A stretch of 60,228 nucleotides of DNA, filler included, from Basidiobolus ranarum (Eukaryota), in the NCBI GenBank assembly GCA_040143965.1. It is 4 parts of 4 records of this genome, joined end to end, with 100 filler letters (N's around TTAATTAATTAA, not from the genome) between each part and the next. Parts side by side here need not be neighbours in the genome. Positions count along the whole stretch, not along the records: positions 15,097 to 30,088 come from JASJQH010007276.1; positions 30,189 to 45,170 come from JASJQH010007277.1; 2 more parts are not named here. One strand, 5' to 3'. A program made the translations under genes and the position numbers. The notes beneath the pieces are model-generated. The model saw nothing but the letters and a program-made list of their open reading frames with translations, made no database searches and was not told the origin of the DNA. Every line of letters starts with the position of its first letter. Positions within the stretch are counted from its first letter, which is position 1. Shown piece by piece: positions 24,818 to 37,421 of this stretch.

Positions 24818-25248
24818 TGTAAGCAACCGCCAGTAAGAACTTAACATATATGTAGAAAGCGAAATATATACAGATTGGTCGTGTTCATGGAAACTCTAAC
24901 ATTATTACAATAGATATAATATGACTTTATAACCTCACTTGAATTCTATTTATGTTATCACTGATGTGTTGTCTTCATTATATACATTATTTAAATACAA
25001 TCCATCTGCTTCAAGGGTTGTCTAGATAAAATAGCCCCTATTGGAGATATGAATATACAACTTCCTATACACTTTCCTTTATTAACAATTTTAGTACCTT
25101 CGTCTTGTGATATATATCATAATATGACACACAACTCTAATGGTCTTTGATATACTTATATATAACTCAATTGTGTAAATATCAGTTTATTTTATTTATT
25201 CGTTGTTATTTTACTTAGTAATAGGTAGGGTTGATATCGAGACCATGC

Positions 25249-26238
25249 TCAATTGCAATTAGTATACTTGGTTGTAGGGGTGCACTTCTTGGGTTTAGGT
25301 ATGCACTTCGTTGGCTTAGAGGTAGGAGTGGACTGATGACTGTCCGTTGGAGTTCGGCTATGATTAGTGGTAGAGGCTGATGTATGTTCAGATACTGAAG
25401 TAATGCTTGCACTAGAGACCGAAGCAGAATTTGAAGTACCACTATTACTAGTATTCGAAGAGGACGGGAGGCTGGAGGTTAGGGTATTTGGCGTGACTGT
25501 AACGGTTGCTGTAGTTACACTCACGGAGACAGAGTTAGAACTTGAAGGTGTGTAAGTCAAGGAGCCAGTGCCGATACTAGTAGATACTTTTGGATCAATA
25601 TTACGAGTAACACGGGTAGGGCCAAATGTTTCTAGAACAGTAATAGGATTGTCGTAAACAGTTGTTAAAGCACCATTTTCCACTGTAGCGGTAACTGGAT
25701 CACGGTCACCAACCACATAGGTTATGGTAGGTCCAGGGATTGTGTTAATGGCACTTCGATGATCAAAGCTTTCAATAACTGTGAATATGTAAGAATTCCC
25801 AAAAGTAGGACCAGTGATGGTGTAGTAGTCCAGAGTCTCTCCACTTGTAGGTATGTATGTGGCTGTCTTTTTTAATAAGGTCTCGGTTGTGGTTGAATAC
25901 CAAAGTGACCTGGTAATGGTCTCTTGGGGTAAGGATTGTATAATAGTGACATCTGGATTTATCCTGGTAAGCGTTGCCCCAGAGATTGTTCGGGTAACCA
26001 TTTGACGGCCATTATTGTCGGTATAAGTTGTATCTGGTATAGTGTTCGTGGTAACAAATCCTAAAACCGTATCTATTTGTGTGTGGGCCTGAATCGTTGC
26101 AGTCACAAGCTCTTGATTAACGTACCAAGTCACTGTTTGGAAAGGATACTCGACAGTTACGGGAGATTGGCCATTGATAGAAATATTAAACGAAAGGGCT
26201 AATAACAGAGCTGCGTACTTTTGAAACTTGAAAGCCAT
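25249..26238 (-). CDS. Secreted Thr/Ser-rich cell-surface protein
   Basis: Signal peptide MAFKFQKYAALLLALSFNISING, a Thr/Val/Ile-rich body with loose internal repeats, an S/T-rich stalk and a C-terminal KCIPKPKKCTP. Confidence 0.8.
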   Translation of the reverse strand: MAFKFQKYAALLLALSFNISINGQSPVTVEYPFQTVTWYVNQELVTATIQAHTQIDTVLGFVTTNTIPDTTYTDNNGRQMVTRTISGATLTRINPDVTIIQSLPQETITRSLWYSTTTETLLKKTATYIPTSGETLDYYTITGPTFGNSYIFTVIESFDHRSAINTIPGPTITYVVGDRDPVTATVENGALTTVYDNPITVLETFGPTRVTRNIDPKVSTSIGTGSLTYTPSSSNSVSVSVTTATVTVTPNTLTSSLPSSSNTSNSGTSNSASVSSASITSVSEHTSASTTNHSRTPTDSHQSTPTSKPTKCIPKPKKCTPTTKYTNCN

Positions 26239-29225
26239 TCTGTTGAATATTGTGGAGTATACTTTTTCCAAAGAATACTCTACAGCTTTTATAGATACTT
26301 TATTTCAAGAAATATACACAATAATGTGTCTGTATGGCTATTTTTATTAACGCTTCACTTATGTCGACTTGTGGGAGAAACTCAAGATGATCACTATGTA
26401 CAACTGAAGAGGAGTCACACTGTTATCAAAGTGGACAAGAGTCTATTTTTCGTTACTAAGTCCCATACAAATTCAGCCTCTTTACACATACAAATGTAGA
26501 ATCTCTAGTCAGTGGTTAGCTGATATCTCATCACTACCTCATACAAATTAAATTTCTAATCTGTGGAGCGATCAATCCTTGGTTACTAAGCACCATGATT
26601 GGCTTACTATGCAAAGTGAATACGCAACACCAATGGTGAAGGAAGTTGGCACCGAGGTAGCGGTTATAAATAACCACTTAGATTACCATTCACTTCCACA
26701 GGTGTTTCTATTGAGTACGATCATTCACCCACGGGGGAATGATATAGTAATGAGAAACCATGCAGATGAATTCCGAAATGGGGAAATGTTTCATGGCGTT
26801 ATGACAATCACCTGTTATGGAAATAGTGAGAGATTAGGTCATCCAAATGTAGTCATAAATAGCTCCGCAAACTCAAATTCAACCAACATTCGTCAAGTAG
26901 CGAGGCTTAGCTTGCACTATTCACCAAACTACTCACCAACCACCAATCAATATAAGCAAAGTACGAACCCGATCGCATTCAAGATATTTGTCACAAGATA
27001 TGAACAATATCTACGTTTGCGAACCTTGTCATAAGCTTAGTTCATCCACTAGCAAATGTGTAGAATGAAAGAATCTGCTCAATACATGAACTTGTTACAG
27101 TTATAGTAGTGCGTATTAATATCATCTCGACCGTCAGATTTTCATGTTACGTTGCATTCGAACTACCATATGTCATTACTGAGAGGTTTACTTTTGATAG
27201 TTCTTGTAAGAAATGCGTTAAGCTTCACAAAAACTAGCTTTATAATCAATTCACCGCGTTGATTCTTCATTCGTTAGCCGAGCATTCCAAGAGAGAAGCT
27301 CACTACTTTCGAAGAAAATCTCACCAATTACCACAGATTTAGTCTGCTTAAGACCTTGTAAATACCAGCAAATCTTACCAGCACTCGATCATCAATTTCA
27401 CCAGAGAAGCTTGCTCAATCGACTCCTGATACTAACTGTTGCTTAGAAGATCTACGCAAGTATCTTCCAATCATCAGAAAAGAGGTGATTAAGATAGCCG
27501 AAATCTTGGTGTGCTCTATCCCGATGGAATTTTCTTCACCAAAGATTGGTTAATTTTCAATTGACCAAATAACTATTTTCGAAGCCAAATTAATCGATTT
27601 CGATGTGGAAATTCATGTAGATGACAATGGTCACGTGATGGGATTTTTCAGCAATACATATTAGGCAGCAATATACATCATTTGAAATCAAGTGTCTGAA
27701 CCATATTTAAATTTAAGCACGCCAATGATATCATTAATCAATGACTAAATCACAAATACCTAAATATATGCTTCAATTTTGAACCAAGCGATACTTGACT
27801 AGACAATATTTACTAACTTCAATGAAAGAGTCACACATCAAGATAGGGATAACACAGATGACAGAGACTCTGACAAATTACTACTTGCTGGTACAACATG
27901 GTGCTTTTTTACTGCTTTGCCATTCAAACCTGCCTTTCTCTAAGAATAGTCACTAACCCTCTCTCTAAGCTACCTTTATGCTTTGAGCTTTCAGAAATTA
28001 TAGTTTCCCTAACCCTTCTTACTAAAAGAGTTAATAAAGATTGTTGCTATGCTTATAGGCATGTTATAGGTATAACTGACAAGGGCATAAAATGCTTTAT
28101 ATAAAAATGGAATTTGCAATCGAAGCTAGTATAATTTTCAAAAGTATAGATTCGTTATTTCAGATCAGGGAACATACATCTTTAAAACTCACATCAACTT
28201 CAATTCTGAATACTGAGACTGCAAACTCCAAAACTCCAAAACTCCAAAAATCCCAAAATACCAGCAGAAATTTCTAGCTCAGGAATTTGGGGATTCAGGG
28301 TAGTCAAGCAATGCGATATCTTAATGTAGCTCAGGTATGATATTCAATCCAAGGCCCATGTTGAAAACTTCGATAGGTCAATGATATAATACATTCTACC
28401 ACCTTGGCCCGAAGTACTAGCAACAGAGTCAATACAAGATCGACTTTGCTTATAAAACTTCTCTGAAAGTGGAGTAATCTCTAATGGGCTTCATTCTTTC
28501 GTTTCAGCAATGAATCCCCACCAGAGAGGATATAAACAAGCTACTCTGGATCCTCAACTTGGCCTTTCTGGTTCTCTGGTGAAATATCAGTATGACTTTC
28601 AAAATGTTGCTAGCGGTATGCTTTCCTTGAATTCTCGTCAAGTCAATATTTACACCTTCATTTCAATGTACACTACCCAAGAGGCGGGTGTCTCGAAGGT
28701 ACATCCATGGAAGAAGATATTTATGAGCACAATCAGTCTTGCTACAGAACATCGTGTTTCGAAGTAGCGCAAGTGTCGGCTATTCCCACTCGCCAACTGA
28801 TAGTAAAATTCTTTTGTATTACGATGGATGCAATGAACCAATCAAGTTTTCATTACAATACGACTATCTAACATGCTTATAAATAGTGAATACCTAGACT
28901 ACAAATTAGTCAATCGAATGTGAGAAGTAGCACAACGTCAAATATGCATGAAAGTGTGAGAAATACTCGCTTAGTTAAAAGTTGCAGCATAAGTTAGTAT
29001 TCAGGGCTTATTCAGGGTCTTCTATGTTATACAACTAGCTCATTATCCCCATTTCAGGATATGCGTGAGACTGGGCTTTAAAAAATCATATCCAAGTGCA
29101 TCGAAAACATTCAAAGAATTCCTCGAAGTGGTTTGTATCAGCACAGAGATTCATATAAATACCCGTTGATGCTATGTACCAATACTATCTTTCTCTACCA
29201 CTCCGGATAGTACCTACCAGCTTCA

Positions 29226-29486
29226 ATGTTTCCTAAACTTGCCATTGCATCAATTCTCCTTGCTAACTTGGTGATCTCCTGCGCTGGTGCTTCCTGTCAG
29301 TTGGACTGTAACAGCGAGAGTGTAGCCTGCCTTAATAGAGGAAATCAAGAGGTAGAAAACTGTAAAAAATACTGCGGAACCAGAGATACTGCCTGTAGAA
29401 CCCAGTGCTTTGTAGACATGGATAAGAATGGCAAATATTGTGTTGCAGAGATGAACAAATGTATTGATGAATGCAACAGACATTAA
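29226..29486 (+). CDS. Small secreted protein with 10 Cys in palindromic spacing
   Basis: Signal peptide; mature Cys spacing 3-6-10-3-6-3-10-6-3; TATAAATA about 70 nt upstream. Confidence 0.88.
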   Translation: MFPKLAIASILLANLVISCAGASCQLDCNSESVACLNRGNQEVENCKKYCGTRDTACRTQCFVDMDKNGKYCVAEMNKCIDECNRH

Positions 29487-30088
29487 TTTTACTCTTAAAT
29501 TAACTGAACAGAGAAACATTCCAATAAGAGCAATATAATAAAAAGCACCAGTTACGTTCAGATGATTCTAATCTAACACACAACGGGGGTTATGTTGAAA
29601 GGAATCAAACGATGCCAATATAATACAAAACACCAGTTACAGCAACAAGTCAGCATAATGGGCAATCCTTGGATTAGCTATCGAATCTATATAGGAAATA
29701 ATAATGACATATTAAGTTTGTTGTCATGGCTGTCATGGCGCAATTTGACTTAATATTAAAGATTCCTGAAGTAGCTGTCTTGTTGTAGAATGTGTTTCAT
29801 TCATCAGATATTGTAGAGTAGAGACCAATCATGTATCTCCAGCTGCGACACACAGTTTGAGAATACTTTCTTCCATATCCTACATATAGCTATATCTGAC
29901 TCAATAAAAACACTATACATTTCAAGAGTTTCAGTCAATCCATTCTTTATTTCTCAGCTACCAAGCCAAGTAGAGAAAATACATGGATTAATATGATTGC
30001 TCTCAATCCTATGCATTGATTTCTATGCTCATTAGTTTTCTTTGCTAATCCAAACAGTTGCTATTATTTCGACACTGTGAATGCAAAT

Positions 30089-30188
30089 NNNNNNNNNNNN
30101 NNNNNNNNNNNNNNNNNNNNNNNNNNNNNNNNTTAATTAATTAANNNNNNNNNNNNNNNNNNNNNNNNNNNNNNNNNNNNNNNNNNNN
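30089..30188. other. Artificial contig linker
   Basis: N44-TTAATTAATTAA-N44. Confidence 0.98.
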
Positions 30189-30648
30189 AACACAAATTTC
30201 TTGCTTCACACTATTCAAGAATATTTCATAAATGACACATGTCGTAAGTAACGTCAAAAAATGTAAATAATTCGATACTAATTTTGGTTCACTTGTTGAT
30301 CTGATCGCGTTACTCTTCGAGGCCATATACACACCTCCAAAATTTCTATTTCTGATATTAGGAGTGAGATTTTAGTTGTCTATCCGGCCAATAACTATTC
30401 TAGATCCGTATTTTTGGTACTCGCAGTATCAGCAATAGAAATAAAGAAAACAGATAGAGGGCAAGATGTTTTATTCTATGGTGATATATAAAAAAGCCTT
30501 ATTTGCTCAAGTCAACAAAAGCGAATGCTTTATAGTAATTGGTAGCATATTCTGTAAGTCCCATAATATTTTCAATACTACAGAGATTACCAGTTGAGCC
30601 ACCATATATCATTTCATTATTATTTTCGATTATTGTTAATAAAAAAAC

Positions 30649-30720
30649 TGCCTACTGCCGGGATTGAACTGGCGACCTTCAGTTTACGAGACTGACGCGC
30701 TACCACTGCGCTAAGCAGGC
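30649..30720 (-). tRNA. tRNA-Thr(CGT)
   Basis: GCCTGCTTAGCGCAGTGGTAGCGCGTCAGTCTCGTAAACTGAAGGTCGCCAGTTCAATCCCGGCAGTAGGCA folds as a cloverleaf with anticodon arm TCAGT-CTCGTAA-ACTGA. A T-run terminator follows. Confidence 0.96.
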
Positions 30721-31499
30721 TACTATATTTGTTACCGTAACCTAGTATTACCCATATTCAGAGGCATTGAGTACCTTTAGAGCAAAAACATATCTTTATG
30801 GAATTCAAGTGATACCTAATGCTGACTATCCCACTTGAAACAAAACCAAATGTTATTGATATGAACTCTTGCATAGATTCAGTCAAATAAGGTTGATGGA
30901 AATAAATCAATGGACTTTTAACAGAAAATAGACATTGGACTACTCCTGAGAATTATAATGCAGAGTGATATGTGAAATATAGAAAGATACTGAACTTGCA
31001 TGTATAAATTACATGGTGTTCTCAATCCTTAACTTACCTCTAATTTAGCTTAACTTGAGAGAACAAGTTAGATACTTTGTATGTTGATGCACAATACCAT
31101 GTCCTAACTCTTTTGCATTTGCCTGAAACAGATACTTTGGCTGGAAGGACTATATTCCAAGGCCCCCTTTTTCACCTTTACCGGAACATCCATATTCTAT
31201 AAAGTTATGATTCATTAAGGTAATGTGAATAGCAACTTATTCGATTATTATCTTTTTAGTTGAAACAATTACAACTATTAGCCAAGTTGCTGCAATTACA
31301 CGATTAATAAGGTTTCTGACAACATCAATAGTTCAGATAATTCAGTTGTTGTGCACCAAAAGAAATAATGAAGGTACATATTCGCATTCTGGGTGTATAT
31401 TCAACGATGCAGTGGTATATTCCAAGTGAGGTTTTTCGAGAGGTGCCTTACAACTTGCAACTGTTAGTGCTTTTATACAGTACTATTCTGTAATAAGGT

Positions 31500-32943
31500 C
31501 ATGAAATTTCCCTCAGTTGCTAAAAATATTTTCTCTATGAATGTGGCAATTCGATCTTGGTCAAAGCATATCTTGCTAGTATCCTTCTTATCATAATATC
31601 TACTGTTTATCAACATGCTGTTTAATTAGACAACATATAGATGTCTTCAAGAGCCTAATTTGTTGATATCTACAAGAGCATAATTTGTTGGTATCGACTC
31701 TGTGTGGGACGTAGGGTTCAGTATAGCTATTCATGCAATGAACCAGAAATTCTTCCATATATATGCAATACATCAGGTGTCTTAGCTTTAAGCTATGCAG
31801 ATTCCTTTCCGTTTGATTTATAGGATTCTGGCATCAGAACGGATGAACTTAACAAGTTTACGACTCATAATCATTCCATAGATAGAGTTAGATATATGCT
31901 GATTGATGAATGACCTCATGATAGAAGGCTTCTTTTAGAACATCTAAGATTTATGGTTAGGGTAGCCAAATATATGTATGCACCACAAAGGGTATAACTG
32001 CCATTATTGATATAGAGTGAATCGCATCCTATTCTAATAACTATACCACAGTTTCCAGGATAATTAATATTAATGCTGGTTTAGGTGAGTGCCAGATACA
32101 GATCAGAAGTATATGATAGATATAGATCTACATTATAACAGATCTTCAGTTTGGCTTTTAACTTGCAATTAACTTAATTATCATGGCATTTCTCTAGATT
32201 CATTGTAAAGATAGTTCTTGGATATTTAACTGTACAGATTCTACCTACACTTGTGATACAACCATTCACACTAAATGTTCTATCTATCTCACGATACATA
32301 GTGGAGATTGTCTAGTTGGTTGCGAATTTATCCTTGTTTATACCACTTCAGTCATTTATGTATTCTTACTCTGTCTATTTATGTTGATGAAATTGAATGC
32401 ATTCGAAGATGTCTATGGGATGGCTGACTTTATACCGGAAGTGATTGCCTTTATTTTATACAAGATATTTGCCATTTCACCCGTACTTCGACAAGTCTTC
32501 GAGTGTTTCCTGCGGCACAATGAAGTGTTCTTGCGTTGATGATATCTCACATATTCTCCGTTATCATTCCTACCATTGAAGTGGCTTGTAATTTTGGGGT
32601 AGAGCATCCCGCCGAAGCTATCACTCATTTCGAGGAGACATTAGAGAATCCGGAAGAGTTCAGCATATTTCGAAAGTTTTGCGTTAGAAATTTCTCTGTT
32701 GAAAGTAGTAAATTTTACAAGCGTTGTGTGAAACTTTATAGTAAAGCGAAAAGAATCAATCTCGATCAAATAACCGATAATGGAGATGCAATCGGTTTAT
32801 GAAACTTCTATCTCACCTAATGCAATGCTTCCTATAGTTGTTGCTTCACTTACTGCTGAACAGATATCAAATGGTATCTTGGGTACAATCACTCTTCAGA
32901 TCTTTGATTTGGCTCTACATAATGCCGCACAAGTGTACAGCTA
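31500..32943 (+). pseudogene. Degenerate multi-TM plus RGS domain gene (7TM-RGS type)
   Basis: TM segments GDCLVGCEFILVY..LNAFEDVYGM..AFILYKIF precede RGS pieces FEETLENPEEFSIFRKFCVRNFSVES and VYETSISPNAMLPI..IFDLA, which lie in shifting frames. The 5' boundary is uncertain. Confidence 0.7.
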
Positions 32944-33914
32944 GAATCTCCCTTACCAGGAAGGTTTTACACTAATTACCTGCAGTCACTCCTCCTAATA
33001 TAATCTTCCTCAGCTGCCAAAGACTCCTTAAGGACTATCCATCTGTATACTAATGAAACGAGAAAGAATAGTGACAAAAGCTTATACTTTCAGAAATTAG
33101 ATGTATAACTTACAAAGTATACAGAACTAAGTCAGCAATGTGCTATAATATTGTAAAAAAACAAAACTCCAACTGATTGGCTGATAGCATTGAAAACAAA
33201 TTTGCATTTGTCAGGAAATTCAAAAACTGATCTATTTACTTACGTTAACCCTGCTTTTCAAAGCTTAACGAAATACAGATTTTGCTATATGTACCCTTTC
33301 CCTTCAATAATAATAAGGTAAGATGATTTTGCTACCCTGAATCACTGGTCTAGATGTTTATCTAGTATTGTTACTGCTTTGAGAATTCTATTTGGGATCT
33401 GCCAGCTGCTATTGGTAGGGCTTTCCTTTGGTACCCTAAGCTTTTGTGTTAGGTCCATGATGTTATTTAGGTACTTGTGGTCATTAATCAATTGTTAAAA
33501 CTTTGTACTTTGGAAGTAAACCTTTACGAAATGTGTGTCCTGATGGTTGCCATTTGTTCTCAAACAGTGAGTGTGAGAATTGGCATGGGTGCTGTCTTAT
33601 CATGATATAGCCGAGTGGGATGTGATCACTGAGTTATATTGCATTCTTCAATTCAGTTATAAAATAGGTCTATAGATGAACCGTAAATATCATTACCTGG
33701 TTTGAAAGCGTTACACTGCATATATCAGATTACGCAAGTTACTGGTAACTGGGTATGGGTATTCAGGCGTGTATATATGTATTTGAATATACCAGTGGAA
33801 CATACTGAGATTTACTTCCATATCTGGAACTGTTTGATAGTATAAATAGCTCATACGAAAGCCTTTTTCACCATACTCCATATCTTTTCTCTACTACACT
33901 GTCAATATCCAACA

Positions 33915-34166
33915 ATGCGCTTTACCTACTTTGCTGTTCTTTCCATGGTTTTCGGAGCTAGTTTCATCGAGGCCGGTAGACAGTGCAACAATGGCTCCAA
34001 TGGATGCAAGGCCTGTGTCTGTAACGAGTGGACTGAAACTAATGCATGCTGCAATGGCGAATTCAATGGAGGAAACGGAAACTGTGAAGGTATTAAGCAA
34101 GGTGCTAATGTGAACACTTTCCAAGCCTGTTGCAACCAAATGAGCGGCTTTGGTCGCTGCTGGTAA
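33915..34166 (+). CDS. Secreted 10-Cys peptide, array copy 1
   Basis: 83 aa: 20-aa signal peptide plus GRQCNNGSNGCKACVCNEWTETNACCNGEFNGGNGNCEGIKQGANVNTFQACCNQMSGFGRCW. TATAAATA at 33841. Confidence 0.93.
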   Translation: MRFTYFAVLSMVFGASFIEAGRQCNNGSNGCKACVCNEWTETNACCNGEFNGGNGNCEGIKQGANVNTFQACCNQMSGFGRCW

Positions 34167-35124
34167 TTGTGAGCTAAATCTTTCTTTGAAGGATAAATAA
34201 AGATTCTAGTCACATCAATAATTGCCTCCATTTTCATTCATTTCAGTGGCATGTGGAAATTTATCAACCCTTACCTAATTAAGCTTTTATATCCATTGCT
34301 TTAGTGATATTCTTAATTGAAAATGTTGGAGTGTAGTGGGAACACACCTATATTAGTAATATTCCTGTAGATGGGAGGTTGCACCAAATGCAAGATAGAG
34401 ATCACGATCACTTTAAAATCTATAATTGGGATGTTTGTCATATGGATAACTATTTGATGATATCAGGAATTCAAGAAGTGTAATTCAAACGAATATATCT
34501 TGGGAAGTGTGGTAAAATGAGTATATTTCAAGAAGTGAATACAAAATACAAACATAGTAGGCATCAATCTCTCGCTTTATTGCTCTTTCCATATATCATA
34601 GAATGCGTAGTTGGTGTACCAATGAGAGCCGGCAAATCAGCATCTGCAACCGGAACCTCTTGGCTTGGAGTCCGAGTTGTCTGAAGCTTGTGTGCATGCA
34701 GTATTACCTACTACTGGTCGTTACTTAATTCCGAAAGGGTGTGTGGGAGAATCGATATAAGTACTAAACGACTGAACAACTACGGGTGAAATATTCGGCA
34801 TTGTTCCGACGTTGATAGGCAAGGTATCCCCATTGTGTAATTTAACATTCTTCTACTTGGTTATAGAATAGGCGCATGAATAAGCCGCAAACACGCATTA
34901 GAACCTAAAGAAGTAATACTATCATCGTCTGATTTGAAGTATTACCCTACATGTATCATATTACGCAAGTTATTTGTTACTAGGTACGAGAATTCAGGTG
35001 TAGTAAGTACGATTACAACATGCTGAAGATCGCTTCCATATTCGGAAATGTTTTGATAATATATATGGCTCATATGAAAATCCTTTTCCACACCTGTTCT
35101 CTCAAACACCACTTCTCTCCTACA

Positions 35125-35376
35125 ATGCGCTTTACTTACTTTGCCGTTCTCTCAATGGTTATCGGAGCTAGCTTCATCGAAGCTGGTAGACAATGCAACA
35201 ATGGCTCTAAGGGATGCAAGGCCTGTGTCTGTAACGAGTGGACTGAAACTAGTGCATGCTGTAATGGCGAATTCAATGGAGGAAACGGAAACTGTGAAGG
35301 TATCAAGCAAGGAGCCAATGTCAACACTTTCCAAGCCTGTTGCAACCAAATGAGTGGCTTTGGTCGCTGCTGGTGA
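35125..35376 (+). CDS. Secreted 10-Cys peptide, array copy 2
   Basis: Same 83-aa frame from the conserved ACAATG. The mature peptide has GSKG/ETSA. Confidence 0.93.
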   Translation: MRFTYFAVLSMVIGASFIEAGRQCNNGSKGCKACVCNEWTETSACCNGEFNGGNGNCEGIKQGANVNTFQACCNQMSGFGRCW

Positions 35377-36373
35377 TTTCCTGGTATATCGGACGTTGGC
35401 CAACTATCTTTGATAATCATAGAGTTAAGAAAATCCCAGTTTTACTGCCTTTTTCTAAATATATGGTCACAAAATAAACACTTACAAAACTTTCATCAAG
35501 TACCCTCATTTTTTAGAATGAAGCTGATATACACTAATTTTGCAATATCACTTGCCGATAAAATAACATGCATAATGATAATGAATTATTAGGGACTTGG
35601 CTGTTATACTTTTTTAGTTGACACTCGACACACATGTCATTTATAATAGATGTCTGAGCAATGCTAATAATATACCGCTTATATGAAGGCAGACTGTGAG
35701 AACTCTCAAAATATGGTCAAAATAGTGCTTAGAGCTAATCGTACTTATTTGGCTTAGAAACTCAATGCGATATTGTGCTCCAAATGTGTTGAATTTAGGA
35801 ATTTTCCAATACCGAAAAATAAATTAGCAGGATACTTCTAAAGAATAGGTTGTTTATGAATTGTGTATTCAAGATTTCTTGACGGTATATATTCTCAGGA
35901 ATACTACATATATATCATAATTTCATTATTAACCGGGATACCATACTGTGTGCATACTATGCTTTACCATTGGCCACTGCTAGATGCCAAAAAAGTATAT
36001 GGGAGAATTGATATGAGTACTTAACGCCTGAATCCTCGTTACTACTGGCCTTTAAGTGTTTGTATTCGGAATAATATAGCACTCTTTCATGTAGTTATGA
36101 AATGGGTATATAAATGAAGCAAAAACACACAAGAACTGGAAAAATCATAATAAATTCCCATTTTCTGATATGAAAGTATTACACTACATACATACTTTAC
36201 ATCATATTACGCAAGTTACTTGCTACTAGGCATGAGTATTCAGGTGTTATATATATCGGTGTAACATACTGAATATCTCATTCAGGACAGTCTTGATTAT
36301 ATAAATAGCTCATATGGAAGCTCTTTTCACTATACTTCACATCTGTTCTCTTAAACACTACTGCTCTCTTACA

Positions 36374-36625
36374 ATGCGTTTTACCTACTTCGCTGTTCTC
36401 TCAGTGGTTATCGGAGCTAGCTTCATCGAAGCTGGTAGACAATGCAACAATGGCTCTAAGGGATGCAAAGCCTGTGTCTGTAACGAGTGGACTGAAACTA
36501 GTGCATGCTGCAATGGCGAATTCAATGGAGGAAACGGAAACTGTGAAGGTATCAAGCAAGGAGCCAACGTCAACACTTTCCAAGCCTGTTGCAACCAAAT
36601 GAGTGGTTTTGGTCGATGCTGGTAA
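36374..36625 (+). CDS. Secreted 10-Cys peptide, array copy 3
   Basis: Mature peptide identical to copy 2; one change in the signal peptide (SVVIG). Confidence 0.93.
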   Translation: MRFTYFAVLSVVIGASFIEAGRQCNNGSKGCKACVCNEWTETSACCNGEFNGGNGNCEGIKQGANVNTFQACCNQMSGFGRCW

Positions 36626-36631
36626 TTACGA

Positions 36632-36673
36632 GCCTGATGTAATCAAATAAGTGGCTTTGATCGCTGCTGGTAG
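36632..36673 (+). pseudogene. Relic of the peptide gene 3' end
   Basis: gcc tga tgt aat caa ata agt ggc ttt gat cgc tgc tgg tag reads A*CNQISGFDRCW*, versus ACCNQMSGFGRCW* in the intact genes. Confidence 0.85.
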
Positions 36674-37421
36674 TTGTGAAGTAAACAATGGTTCATCACT
36701 AACACGCGATTGAAGATATTCCATGAGATCTAATCAGAATTCAAGCAGTTTTGTTGTCATATTCTTCAACTTCACATTTCAGAAACTACTGAGTTATAAA
36801 TAAATCTTCTTTTGATTCTTCATTCAATTAGTACGGATTTAATACGGCAAGTGATAATAACATCCCAAGTTACTGCTCATATCTAACAGGTAGTAACAAG
36901 GAACATTGCAAAACCCTACAATCATGATGTTACCGATTAAATGTTACTGTATAATTACAGCATGATCAGTTCAGAGCCTTCTAATGCTATAAATATAAAT
37001 TGTTGACCATTTATGAGTACAATAGTTGATAGAATTCTACTCTTAGTGAGAGTCATATTAATGCAAGTACCTCAAGTAATCGGAAGAATTCTTCGAGTTG
37101 AGGAATGGGTATTTAGATGAACCGCAAGCATACGTATAGCACTGGTGCTCTGCAGATATACTGGTGTATTTGGCTTCGGAAGTAGTACAGTGTATATTTA
37201 CTTCACGTCATGCTACGTAAGTTACTTGCATCCAGAATTTGATATTATTCAGTGGGAAAATACAGTAGGACCAGTTGAAAATCTCATGGGTGAGAAACTC
37301 CAGCGTAACCAGTTGAAGATCGTATCCATATTTAGAATGGTCTTGATTATATAAGTAATTGATGAAAATCCGTCTCACTATACTCCACACTTATTCTCTT
37401 GAATACTATTACTCCCCTACA

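Noticed and set aside
26579-27664. ORF 26579-27034 and downstream exon-like segments with intron signals
   Set aside because: Splice phases did not give a continuous frame and no domain was recognised; possibly a pseudogene.
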